Below are positions 27,820-36,178 of a stretch of DNA of 39,821 bases, one piece after another; the first letter of the stretch is position 1, and the number at the start of each line of letters is the position of its first letter. Source of the DNA: a virus (taxonomy: Duplodnaviria; Heunggongvirae; Uroviricota; Caudoviricetes); IMG/VR virus record IMGVR_UViG_3300045988_152494, positions 1-39,821 of that record; one strand, written 5' to 3'. Both the position numbers and the translations under genes were made by a program. The notes under the pieces were generated by a model. The model was not told where the DNA came from. It made no database searches and saw nothing but the letters and a program-made list of their open reading frames with translations.

Positions 27820-27960
27820 AACAAGTATATCAAACATTATCAATACTAATCGCTATTGACTACACCAATAGCTATTGCTATTGTCATGCTATTGCATCGA
27901 TGTTGGTATCACAAAATTTATAACTTCACCGTTGCGATGACCGCTTAGATCCGCAGCTTG
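27820..27960 (+). promoter_or_regulatory. Putative OL/PL-type operator-promoter region
   Basis: Four GCTATTG copies (27852, 27871, 27877, 27888) including the perfect palindrome CAATAGCTATTG (27866..27877), overlapping a TTGACT...TATTGT promoter-like pair; same half-site as in the cro-cI spacer. Confidence 0.35.
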
Positions 27961-28077
27961 AATTTCAGCAGGCTCCGGGGAGTGCGAGGGGTGAAGCGGA
28001 CGCGTGAACGTCGGTGTGACCAGCTGAAATCAACTCAACACTTCATACCTCAGTCGCTTCAACGAGGCGACTTAGTT

Positions 28078-28368
28078 ATGACAACCGGCGGCCATCCACC
28101 GCCTGAATACGCGCAGAAGTCTCTATATGTTCAGCAGCCCAGCTTACGGGCAGGAGTTTTTATGGTTCATCAACATTACGGAACGCAGACCGTTAATCGA
28201 GGTGCGGTCATGCCAGGAATGCTGGTCAAACACAAAGATGGTACCTGGACTGCATCAGCTAATTTACGCGGACGGCTATATCTGCATCGCGGCATCGAGC
28301 GCACTTATACCCGTGATTTGCTCGTGGAAGTTTTTCTCGACGGACGCGGTAACGGCCTGAATCACTAA
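28078..28368 (+). CDS. Hypothetical early-left operon protein (kil/cIII position)
   Basis: 96-aa ORF from ATG 28078 ([13 protein letters not shown]...); the upstream in-frame GTG extension carries an Arg-rich KRTRERR motif (see findings). Confidence 0.4.
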   Translation: MTTGGHPPPEYAQKSLYVQQPSLRAGVFMVHQHYGTQTVNRGAVMPGMLVKHKDGTWTASANLRGRLYLHRGIERTYTRDLLVEVFLDGRGNGLNH

Positions 28369-28443
28369 TCCCCTTTCCTGTTTTCCTAATCAGCCTGGCA
28401 TTTCGCGGGCGATATTTTCACAGCCATTTTCAGGAGTTCAGCC

Positions 28444-28740
28444 ATGAACGCTTATTACATTCAGGATCGTCTTGAGGCTCAGAGCTGGGCGCGTCACTAC
28501 CAGCAGATCGCCCGTGAAGAGAAAGAGGCAGAACTGGCAGACGACATGGAAAAAGGCCTGCCCCAGCACCTGTTTGAATCGCTATGCATCGATCATTTGC
28601 AACGCCACGGGGCCAGCAAAAAAGCCATTACCCGTGCGTTTGATGACGATGTTGAGTTTCAGGAGCGCATGGCAGAACACATCCGGTACATGGTTGAAAC
28701 CATTGCTCACCACCAGGTTGATATTGATTCAGAGGTATAA
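28444..28740 (+). CDS. gam: Gam (RecBCD inhibitor), short GamS-length form
   Basis: 98-aa [63 protein letters not shown]... near-identical to recalled lambda GamS. Confidence 0.9.
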   Translation: MNAYYIQDRLEAQSWARHYQQIAREEKEAELADDMEKGLPQHLFESLCIDHLQRHGASKKAITRAFDDDVEFQERMAEHIRYMVETIAHHQVDIDSEV

Positions 28741-28745
28741 AACGG

Positions 28746-29531
28746 ATGAGTACAGCACTCGCAACGCTGGCTGGGAAGCTGGCTGAACGTGTCGGCATGG
28801 ATTCTGTCGACCCACAGGAACTGATCACCACTCTTCGCCAGACGGCATTTAAAGGTGATGCCAGCGATGCGCAGTTCATCGCATTGCTGATCGTCGCCAA
28901 CCAGTACGGCCTTAATCCGTGGACGAAAGAAATTTACGCCTTCCCTGATAAGCAGAACGGCATCGTTCCGGTGGTGGGCGTTGATGGCTGGTCCCGCATC
29001 ATCAATGAAAACCAGCAGTTTGATGGCATGGACTTTGAGCAGGACAATGAATCCTGTACATGCCGGATTTACCGCAAGGACCGTAATCATCCGATCTGCG
29101 TTACCGAATGGATGGATGAATGCCGCCGCGAACCATTCAAAACCCGCGAAGGCAGAGAAATCACGGGGCCGTGGCAGTCGCATCCCAAACGGATGTTACG
29201 GCATAAAGCCATGATTCAGTGTGCCCGTCTGGCCTTCGGATTTGCTGGTATCTATGACAAGGATGAAGCCGAGCGCATTGTCGAAAATACCGCATACACT
29301 GCAGAACGTCAGCCGGAACGCGACATCACTCCGGTTAACGATGAAACCATGCAGGAGATTAACACTCTGCTGATCGCCCTGGATAAAACATGGGATGACG
29401 ACTTATTGCCGCTCTGTTCCCAGATATTTCGCCGCGACATTCGCGCATCGTCAGAACTGACACAGGCCGAAGCAGTGAAAGCTCTTGGATTCCTGAAACA
29501 GAAAGCCACTGAGCAGAAGGTGGCAGCATGA
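28746..29531 (+). CDS. bet: Red beta single-strand annealing protein (Bet)
   Basis: 261-aa [62 protein letters not shown]... matches recalled lambda Bet. Confidence 0.9.
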   Translation: MSTALATLAGKLAERVGMDSVDPQELITTLRQTAFKGDASDAQFIALLIVANQYGLNPWTKEIYAFPDKQNGIVPVVGVDGWSRIINENQQFDGMDFEQDNESCTCRIYRKDRNHPICVTEWMDECRREPFKTREGREITGPWQSHPKRMLRHKAMIQCARLAFGFAGIYDKDEAERIVENTAYTAERQPERDITPVNDETMQEINTLLIALDKTWDDDLLPLCSQIFRRDIRASSELTQAEAVKALGFLKQKATEQKVAA

Positions 29532-30208
29532 CACCGGACATTATCCTGCAGCGTACCGGGATCGACGTGAGAGCTGTCGAACAGGGGGATGATGCATGGC
29601 ACAAATTACGGCTCGGCGTCATCACCGCTTCAGAAGTTCACAACGTGATAGCAAAGCCCCGCTCAGGAAAGAAGTGGCCTGACATGAAAATGTCCTACTT
29701 CCACACCCTGCTGGCTGAGGTTTGCACCGGTGTGGCTCCGGAAGTTAATGCTAAGGCGCTGGCCTGGGGAAAACAGTACGAGAACGACGCCAGAACTCTG
29801 TTTGAATTCACTTCCGGCGTGAATGTTACTGAATCCCCGATCATCTATCGCGACGAAAGTATGCGCACCGCCTGCTCTCCCGATGGTTTATGCAGTGACG
29901 GCAACGGCCTTGAACTGAAATGCCCGTTTACCTCCCGGGATTTCATGAAGTTCCGGCTCGGTGGTTTCGAGGCCATAAAGTCGGCTTACATGGCCCAGGT
30001 GCAGTACAGCATGTGGGTGACGCGAAAAGATGCCTGGTACTTTGCCAACTATGACCCACGAATGAAGCGTGAAGGCCTGCATTATGTCGTGGTTGAGCGG
30101 GATGAAAATTACATGGCGAGTTTTGACGAGATGGTGCCGGAGTTCATCGAAAAAATGGACGAGGCACTGGCTGAAATTGGTTTTGTATTTGGGGAGCAAT
30201 GGCGATGA
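29528..30208 (+). CDS. exo: Lambda exonuclease (Red alpha, Exo)
   Basis: 226-aa [65 protein letters not shown]... matches recalled lambda Exo; ATGA overlap with bet. Confidence 0.9.
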   Translation: MTPDIILQRTGIDVRAVEQGDDAWHKLRLGVITASEVHNVIAKPRSGKKWPDMKMSYFHTLLAEVCTGVAPEVNAKALAWGKQYENDARTLFEFTSGVNVTESPIIYRDESMRTACSPDGLCSDGNGLELKCPFTSRDFMKFRLGGFEAIKSAYMAQVQYSMWVTRKDAWYFANYDPRMKREGLHYVVVERDENYMASFDEMVPEFIEKMDEALAEIGFVFGEQWR

Positions 30209-30363
30209 CGCATCCTCACGATAATATCCGGGTAGGCGCGATCACTTTCGTCTACTCCGTTACAAAGCGAGGCTGGGTATTTCCCGGCCTTTCTGTTATC
30301 CGAAATCCGCTGAAAGCCCAGCGGCTGGCTGAGGAGATAAATAATAAACGGGAGAGTGTATGA
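30205..30363 (+). CDS. Small hypothetical protein (52 aa) translationally coupled between exo and the next ORF
   Basis: ATG overlaps the exo stop (ATGA at 30205) and its TGA overlaps the next ATG at 30360; [24 protein letters not shown]... Confidence 0.35.
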   Translation: MTHPHDNIRVGAITFVYSVTKRGWVFPGLSVIRNPLKAQRLAEEINNKRESV

Positions 30364-31112
30364 TTCATTTTCACGGTGGTCCAATAACTCCCGATACCTG
30401 TGCGTTGAAAGCCTGGAAAGGCAGACACGCATTCATCAGTTTTGCTAATCCAGCTCAGATTGATCTGGCTTCCGAAGTCACCCAATCATTTGCTCTTGAT
30501 AATGGTGCATTCACATTCTGGACAAAAAACAAGGCCGTAGACTGGAATGAATATTACAGATTTGTTGAACGCTGGGGCAATCACCCTCGTTTCTCATTCG
30601 CGGTTATCCCGGATGTTATCGGCGGAACCAGTGAAGAGAATGACGCCCTGATTGCGGCATGGCCTCACGGTAAATTTATTGGTGCTCCGGTGTGGCACAT
30701 GAACGAACCAGATGAGCGATTTATTCGTCTGTGCCATGAGTTTCCCCGCGTCTGCATCGGCTCGATGGGGGAATACGATGCAAAACGACCGAGAGCGTGT
30801 CGGGCTAAACTACGCGATCTTATACGTCATGTTGTAGATCAGTACGGCTACCCAATCACCAAGATTCATGGGTTACGGATGTTAAATAAAGACATTTTTA
30901 CTCATGTACCGCTTTCGTCTGCAGACAGCACGAACGTCGCAAGAAATATAGGCATCGACAAATCCTGGGTAGGTTCGCCATATGCTCCCGCAAGTAAAGA
31001 AACCCGTACGCAAGTTCTTGTGGAACGCATTGAATCATTCAACAGTGCCAGTTCACTTAATTACAACGCTGAACGGGACGTCTTTACCCCTCAACTGGCA
31101 TTCGAAGTGTGA
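30360..31112 (+). CDS. Hypothetical prophage protein (250 aa), b-region accessory gene
   Basis: Intact ORF with ATG and GGGAGAG upstream, phage-like GC; no family confidently recognised. Confidence 0.5.
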   Translation: MIHFHGGPITPDTCALKAWKGRHAFISFANPAQIDLASEVTQSFALDNGAFTFWTKNKAVDWNEYYRFVERWGNHPRFSFAVIPDVIGGTSEENDALIAAWPHGKFIGAPVWHMNEPDERFIRLCHEFPRVCIGSMGEYDAKRPRACRAKLRDLIRHVVDQYGYPITKIHGLRMLNKDIFTHVPLSSADSTNVARNIGIDKSWVGSPYAPASKETRTQVLVERIESFNSASSLNYNAERDVFTPQLAFEV

Positions 31113-31119
31113 GGCCAAT

Positions 31120-31335
31120 ATGACAATAGAACATAATAACGCCCTTCGCAGCATTGCCCGTCAGGCTAATTCTGAAATCAAAAAAGCCAGACAGCAGTTT
31201 CCGGATAAAAACGTCGATGACATTTGCCGTAGCGTACTGAAGAAGCACCGCGAAACGGTAACGCTGATGGGATTCACACCGACTCATTTAAGCCTGGCGA
31301 TCGGCATGTTAAACGGCGTCTTTAAGGAGCGATGA
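31120..31335 (+). CDS. Hypothetical small protein (71 aa)
   Basis: ATG at 31120 (MTIEHNNALRSIARQANSEIKKARQQ...), 8 nt after the preceding stop. Confidence 0.4.
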   Translation: MTIEHNNALRSIARQANSEIKKARQQFPDKNVDDICRSVLKKHRETVTLMGFTPTHLSLAIGMLNGVFKER

Positions 31336-31433
31336 ACATGAAAAGCAAAATCATCAGGGAGCTACAGGCTCCTTTTTTATTATTCGCATTCACCCTCAAG
31401 CGTATTAACCAACAATTCAGGGATTAATGGAAG

Positions 31434-31652
31434 ATGGCAGACATCATTGATTCAGCATCAGAAATCGAAGAATTACAGCGCAATACAGCAATAAAAATGC
31501 GTCGTCTGAACTACCAGACTGTATCTGCCACTCATTGTTGTGAGTGTGGCGATCCGATAGATGAGCGAAGACGCCTGGTCGTTCAGGGTTGTCGGACTTG
31601 TGCAAGTTGCCAGGAGGAGATCGAACTTAAGAACAAACAATGGGGACTGTGA
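31434..31652 (+). CDS. TraR/DksA-family C4 zinc-finger protein
   Basis: 72-aa ORF with CxxC...17...CxxC (CCECGDPIDERRRLVVQGCRTCASC), the DksA/TraR zinc-finger layout common in lambdoid b-regions. Confidence 0.6.
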   Translation: MADIIDSASEIEELQRNTAIKMRRLNYQTVSATHCCECGDPIDERRRLVVQGCRTCASCQEEIELKNKQWGL

Positions 31653-31699
31653 TGGCCTCAAAGCAGCAAATTTCAACATCGTCCAACTGAGGTGTAAAA

Positions 31700-31978
31700 A
31701 TGTTCAGAATCATTTTTCCTAACACCTGGTACGTCGACCACCACGGCACTCCCTGCAAAATCCTGCGTTCTACCCACAACAAAGTTCACTACATCCGAAA
31801 AGGCAGAACATGTATCGCCAGCATGTTCCGCTTTAATCATGACTTTGAACCTGTGAATAAAGCTGATGCAGATCGGATAGCAGAAGAGATCGAAACGGCA
31901 GAACACATTAAGAAGTTACGTGACATGCGTTCAAAAAGCAGAGGTAACCATGGAATCATACAGCCTCACACTCGATGA
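31700..31978 (+). CDS. Hypothetical small protein (92 aa)
   Basis: ATG at 31700 with GAGGTG 5 nt upstream; 3' end overlaps the xis start in another frame. Confidence 0.4.
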   Translation: MFRIIFPNTWYVDHHGTPCKILRSTHNKVHYIRKGRTCIASMFRFNHDFEPVNKADADRIAEEIETAEHIKKLRDMRSKSRGNHGIIQPHTR

Positions 31979-32300
31979 GGCCTGTCAGTTTCTCAAGATA
32001 TCCAGACCTACCGCTACCAACTGGATACGAACAGGCCGCCTACAGGCAACACGCAAAGACCCCACTAAACCAAAATCTCCTTACCTCACAACGCGACAAG
32101 CCTGCATTGCGGCGCTTCAGTCTCCGCTGCATACTATCAAGGTGAGCGCGGGTGATGGCATAACAGAGGAAAGAAAATGTCACTCTTCCGCAGAAGTGAA
32201 ATATGGTACGCCAGTTTCACATTGCCGAACGGTAAAAGATTTAAACAGTCTCTTGGAACAAAGGACAAAAGGCAGGCGACAGAGCTCCATGACAAGCTAA
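31950..32300 (+). CDS. xis: Excisionase, P22-type
   Basis: ATG at 31950 with GAGGT upstream; [36 protein letters not shown]-terminus; 116 aa; 3' end overlaps the int start as in P22. Confidence 0.65.
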   Translation: MESYSLTLDEACQFLKISRPTATNWIRTGRLQATRKDPTKPKSPYLTTRQACIAALQSPLHTIKVSAGDGITEERKCHSSAEVKYGTPVSHCRTVKDLNSLLEQRTKGRRQSSMTS

Positions 32301-33340
32301 AGGCTGAAGCATGGCGGGTCAGCAAACTTGGTGAAATACCTGATATGACGTTTGAGGAAGCGTGTGTCAGGTGGCTCGAAGAGAAAGCACATAAGAAATC
32401 ACTGGACGATGACAAAAGCCGGATCGGATTCTGGCTTCAACATTTCGCAGGGATGCAACTAAGAGACATCACTGAATCAAAAATTTATTCAGCGATGCAG
32501 AAAATGACAAACCGGCGTCATGAGGAAAACTGGAAACTCAGGGCAGAAGCATGCAGAAAAAAAGGGAAACCTGTTCCAGAATACACGCCAAAACCAGCGT
32601 CCGTTGCAACGAAGGCTACGCATCTTTCATTTATAAAGGCCCTGCTAAGAGCCGCAGAGCGTGAATGGAAAATGCTGGATAAGGCACCAATTATTAAAGT
32701 GCCTCAACCAAAGAATAAACGGATCCGCTGGCTGGAGCCCCATGAAGCACAAAGGCTGATTGATGAATGTCCGGAGCCATTAAAGTCTGTTGTTGAATTT
32801 GCACTGGCAACAGGCTTAAGACGCTCGAACATCATCAACCTTGAATGGCAACAAATAGATATGCAGCGCCGGGTGGCATGGATAAACCCGGAAGAGAGTA
32901 AATCAAACCGCGCAATTGGCGTTGCGCTGAATGATACTGCATGTCGCGTATTGAAAAAACAAATCGGGAATCATCACCGTTGGGTATTTGTGTACAAGGA
33001 AAGCTGTACCAAACCAGACGGAACGAAAGCGCCAACAGTAAGGAAGATGCGGTATGACGCAAACACAGCCTGGAAAGCGGCGCTGAGACGGGCTGGTATT
33101 GATGATTTCAGATTTCACGACTTGAGACACACCTGGGCAAGTTGGCTGGTTCAAGCCGGAGTCCCGTTGTCAGTGTTACAGGAAATGGGAGGTTGGGAGT
33201 CTATCGAAATGGTTCGTCGATATGCTCACCTTGCACCTAATCACCTTACCGAACACGCACGGCAAATAGACTCGATCCTGAACCCATCGGTCCCAAATTT
33301 GTCCCAGTCAAAAAATAAGGAAGGTACTAATGATGTGTAA
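32177..33340 (+). CDS. int: Tyrosine integrase, P22-type (thrW-targeting family)
   Basis: 387-aa [51 protein letters not shown]... closely matching recalled P22 Int; catalytic [11 protein letters not shown]...MVRRYAHL; ends 14 bp before the tRNA-Thr fragment. Confidence 0.9.
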   Translation: MSLFRRSEIWYASFTLPNGKRFKQSLGTKDKRQATELHDKLKAEAWRVSKLGEIPDMTFEEACVRWLEEKAHKKSLDDDKSRIGFWLQHFAGMQLRDITESKIYSAMQKMTNRRHEENWKLRAEACRKKGKPVPEYTPKPASVATKATHLSFIKALLRAAEREWKMLDKAPIIKVPQPKNKRIRWLEPHEAQRLIDECPEPLKSVVEFALATGLRRSNIINLEWQQIDMQRRVAWINPEESKSNRAIGVALNDTACRVLKKQIGNHHRWVFVYKESCTKPDGTKAPTVRKMRYDANTAWKAALRRAGIDDFRFHDLRHTWASWLVQAGVPLSVLQEMGGWESIEMVRRYAHLAPNHLTEHARQIDSILNPSVPNLSQSKNKEGTNDV

Positions 33341-33354
33341 CTTATTGATTTAAA

Positions 33355-33403
33355 TGGTGCCGATAATAGGAGTCGAACCTACGACCTTCGCATTACGAAT
33401 GCG
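33355..33403 (-). other. tRNA-Thr (CGU) 3' fragment, 49 nt: attachment-site core / thrW-derived repeat
   Basis: Reverse complement reads CGCATTCGTAATGCGAAGGTCGTAGGTTCGACTCCTATTATCGGCACCA (anticodon arm to CCA end); the 5' half of the tRNA is absent, so this is a partial copy, not a functional gene. Confidence 0.7.
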
Positions 33404-33491
33404 TAAATTGATCTTGTAAAATCAATGCCTATCGAATTTAAATGGATTTTTTGCCACAATATTGCCACAGTTCGTTAGGAATCAGACAGAA

Positions 33492-34565
33492 ATGGCGACT
33501 ATACGCAAACGTGGTAACTACCAATGGGAAGCTCAAATCCGTAAACGTGGTTTTCCCTCTCAAACCAAAACCTTTAACACCAAAGTGGAAGCAGAAGCTT
33601 GGGCCAAAATGATCGAGTCAGAAATGGCGAGAGGAGTTTGGCTTAGCCGCAGCGAAGCGGAATCTACGACATTGTATGAAGCCCTAACGCGATATGAAAA
33701 AGAGATTGTTCCCGACAAAAAAGGGGCAGTGCAAGACCGATCATTGGTGCGGATACTAAAAAGCACTCAGCTGGCGAAAAACTATATGGCCAGCATCAGG
33801 AGTGCCGATGTCGCCAAGCTGAGAGATGAATGGTTGAAAATCTATGCTCCTGCAACCGTTTTAAGGCGTTTGGCCTTACTTTCTCATGTATTCAATGTTT
33901 CGCGGAAAGAATGGGGCATGGAGAGCCTGCTGAACCCCGTAGAGGCCATTCGCAAACCCCAACCCAAGAACTCCAGGACCAGACGCTTGGAAGCGCTGCC
34001 TGTAGTTTCTGAGAAAACCTGTGTTACGTCAGGAAAGGAAATAGCCAACGAGATCGAACATATCATCGCCGCAACACATTCATTAGTATTGCCAGCAATC
34101 ATTCTTCTGGCGTTAGAGACAGCCATGCGCCGTAGCGAAATCGCAGAACTTCGATGGCGCTTTATTGATCTTGATCGGCGAGTTGCACATCTGCCGGATA
34201 CTAAGAATGGTAATGCCCGCGATGTCCCTTTATCAACGAAAGCCATTACGATACTGTCCAGTCTCAAGGAACATTCTAAGCCAGCTGCTGATAAGGTTTT
34301 TGATATGCGTGCAGACGCGATTACCCGAGCTTTTGACCGAGCTGTAAAACGAGCCAGAGAACGATACGAGAAAACAAACTCATTATGTGATGAATCTTTC
34401 CTTAAAGATTTAAGATTTCATGACCTTCGACATGAGGCAACATCTCGACTAGCTGAAATTTTCCCTATGCATGAACTAACCAAAATTACAGGACATAAAG
34501 ATCCAAGAATGCTAATGCGGTATTATCATCCAAAAGCTGAAGATTTAGCGTTAAAGTTGAAATAA
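33492..34565 (+). CDS. Tyrosine integrase of a second integrative element
   Basis: Start ATG at 33492 (MATIRKRGNYQWEAQIRKRGF...); catalytic region FHDLRHEATSRL...HKDPRMLMRYYH; begins about 90 bp from the tRNA fragment. Confidence 0.8.
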   Translation: MATIRKRGNYQWEAQIRKRGFPSQTKTFNTKVEAEAWAKMIESEMARGVWLSRSEAESTTLYEALTRYEKEIVPDKKGAVQDRSLVRILKSTQLAKNYMASIRSADVAKLRDEWLKIYAPATVLRRLALLSHVFNVSRKEWGMESLLNPVEAIRKPQPKNSRTRRLEALPVVSEKTCVTSGKEIANEIEHIIAATHSLVLPAIILLALETAMRRSEIAELRWRFIDLDRRVAHLPDTKNGNARDVPLSTKAITILSSLKEHSKPAADKVFDMRADAITRAFDRAVKRARERYEKTNSLCDESFLKDLRFHDLRHEATSRLAEIFPMHELTKITGHKDPRMLMRYYHPKAEDLALKLK

Positions 34566-34574
34566 GGACGTTGT

Positions 34575-35465
34575 ATGGAATATAAAAATAAGTTGGTTGA
34601 CGCATCACCCAAATTAAACAACCCTCAACTATTGGCTATAATATACTTAATACCTTTTGGATACTTGATTGTAGAAAACCCATTATGGCTAGAAAATATA
34701 TACATTGCCGCTCCAATTTTTCTATCATCTATAGCTTTATTAACCAGTGTATACATAGGATATCGTGATTTATTAAATAAAGTATTTAATAATACAGTGG
34801 TTAAGTGGGGCGTAACTGGCTTTACATATTCAGTATGCTTATGGATCGCAAAGTTTAAGCTTGACATAGCTTATGGTATAGCCCCAGAAAATCTTAATTA
34901 CTCAACATTAGCTTATGCTTTCATGCTCTCATTTCCAATAGGAGCAATGATTTGTGCAACTACAGTCTATATATACATATTTTTGCGAGATGTATCCCCA
35001 GCAAAAATAGTAATATCCTCTATGATTTCAGTATATATTGGAAACTTGGCTCAACATCATATACAGGTGAACAATCTTCCTGAAAAAATAATATTGATAG
35101 GACTCATAATTATGGTCCCCTATAACATGGTCAATCTAGCCAGTTCATTAGTTATTAAAAGGAAATTTAATTTTAATCGTTTAGTATCAGGCTTATCCCT
35201 TTTTGCTGTGTCAGTTGCTCTTTTTATTATTAGCATGACAGCAATGAAATATATTGAAAGATTTCAAGAAAAGTTTATTTTTCTTGATGCAAGAACATCT
35301 ACGACATGTGGTAGCCCAGAAAGCAAATCTCTTTATATTGAAAAAAATGAAAATCAGTGTTATAAAATATCAGGAAATAAATTCTCGGAGTTAAGACTAA
35401 CTCTTGTAGATAAAAACATCCCGAATATAAATAATAAGGGCACTTCAACTTATGAACAAAAATAA
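34575..35465 (+). CDS. AT-rich cargo: multi-pass integral membrane protein of unknown function
   Basis: 296-aa ORF with at least 6 hydrophobic helices; very low GC; starts 10 bp after the integrase stop. Confidence 0.5.
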   Translation: MEYKNKLVDASPKLNNPQLLAIIYLIPFGYLIVENPLWLENIYIAAPIFLSSIALLTSVYIGYRDLLNKVFNNTVVKWGVTGFTYSVCLWIAKFKLDIAYGIAPENLNYSTLAYAFMLSFPIGAMICATTVYIYIFLRDVSPAKIVISSMISVYIGNLAQHHIQVNNLPEKIILIGLIIMVPYNMVNLASSLVIKRKFNFNRLVSGLSLFAVSVALFIISMTAMKYIERFQEKFIFLDARTSTTCGSPESKSLYIEKNENQCYKISGNKFSELRLTLVDKNIPNINNKGTSTYEQK

Positions 35466-35679
35466 CCCTGCTAATTCATTTTCCATAGAAGCAAGGAAAG
35501 AAGCTTTTCGGAGAGCTGAAGCCAGTCTTTTTTTATCAAGTAAAGATCCCAAAGGCTCCTCATTTTTTAATGAAATAAAAAATAAGGTAATCAATGGAGA
35601 GCTAACCTATGAAGAGGCAAAGAGAGAAGTGTTAAATCATCACATTGAACAATCTAAAAATAAAATTAAAAAAGGCTAA
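35452..35679 (+). CDS. Small protein (75 aa), weak resemblance to VbhA-type antitoxin/adaptor helices
   Basis: ATG overlaps the end of the membrane-protein gene; pattern FRRAEAS...INGELTYEEAKREVL resembles small Fic-associated antitoxins, but no Fic gene is adjacent. Confidence 0.4.
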   Translation: MNKNNPANSFSIEARKEAFRRAEASLFLSSKDPKGSSFFNEIKNKVINGELTYEEAKREVLNHHIEQSKNKIKKG

Positions 35680-36139
35680 CATCCAGTTAGCCTCTTCTCA
35701 CTAGTGAGCCATTTTATAGTCCCTTAGCGCATTTTTAAGTAACTCAGTTTGCTCATCAGCATCATCATAATTATAAATGCCGGTAGCAGAATAATATTAT
35801 TCGATACATAGAATATTTATCAATGGTTCACAAATCTCTTTAATAAACTCTTTGTTGTTATCGGCAAAAATAATTTTTATTCCTTCCAAAACAAAGCTAT
35901 TATAATCAGCCATTATCCACCTCCTTACAGGTGTTTAGTGGAAGCGTCAGTTAACGTTACCGCGCTAACTGACGCGTCTAAATCAAGATTTTTTACTGCC
36001 AGTTAAACTATCACCCTCAAACTCATCCTGTTCGTGGTTACTCTGACGATCGGCTGTGTGTTTACGTATTTGATTCGCTATTTCCCCACCAACGGTCTGT
36101 TGTGATCGGATAGAATTAGTACTTCCCTTCATCATCTGA

Positions 36140-36177
36140 GGGGTCCGCTTGGAAAACGGAAATTACCCCACGTTAAG
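36140..36177 (+). repeat. Tn3-family 38-bp terminal inverted repeat (tnpA-proximal end)
   Basis: GGGGTCCGCTTGGAAAACGGAAATTACCCCACGTTAAG: GGGG terminus, GAAAACGGAAA core and ACGTTAAG inner end as in Tn3/Tn21-family IRs; abuts the tnpA stop. Confidence 0.65.
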
Positions 36178-36178
36178 A

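Noticed and set aside
27958..28368. 136-aa ORF from the ORF track as a confident N antiterminator
   Set aside because: Begins with a non-ATG codon, lacks the conserved N C-terminal region and a convincing nut site; kept only as a hypothesis in findings.
28981..30199. ORFs overlapping bet and exo on either strand (28981..29214, 29309..29625, 29888..30199)
   Set aside because: Nested in or antisense to the near-lambda-identical bet and exo genes.
33355..33430. Intact tRNA-Thr gene
   Set aside because: Only the 3' 49 nt are present; sequence 5' of the anticodon stem does not match the D-arm/acceptor stem, so it is an att-site remnant rather than a functional tRNA.
32835..34347. Minus- and plus-strand ORFs inside the two integrase genes
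   Set aside because: Antisense or out-of-frame overlaps with long integrase ORFs carrying intact catalytic motifs.
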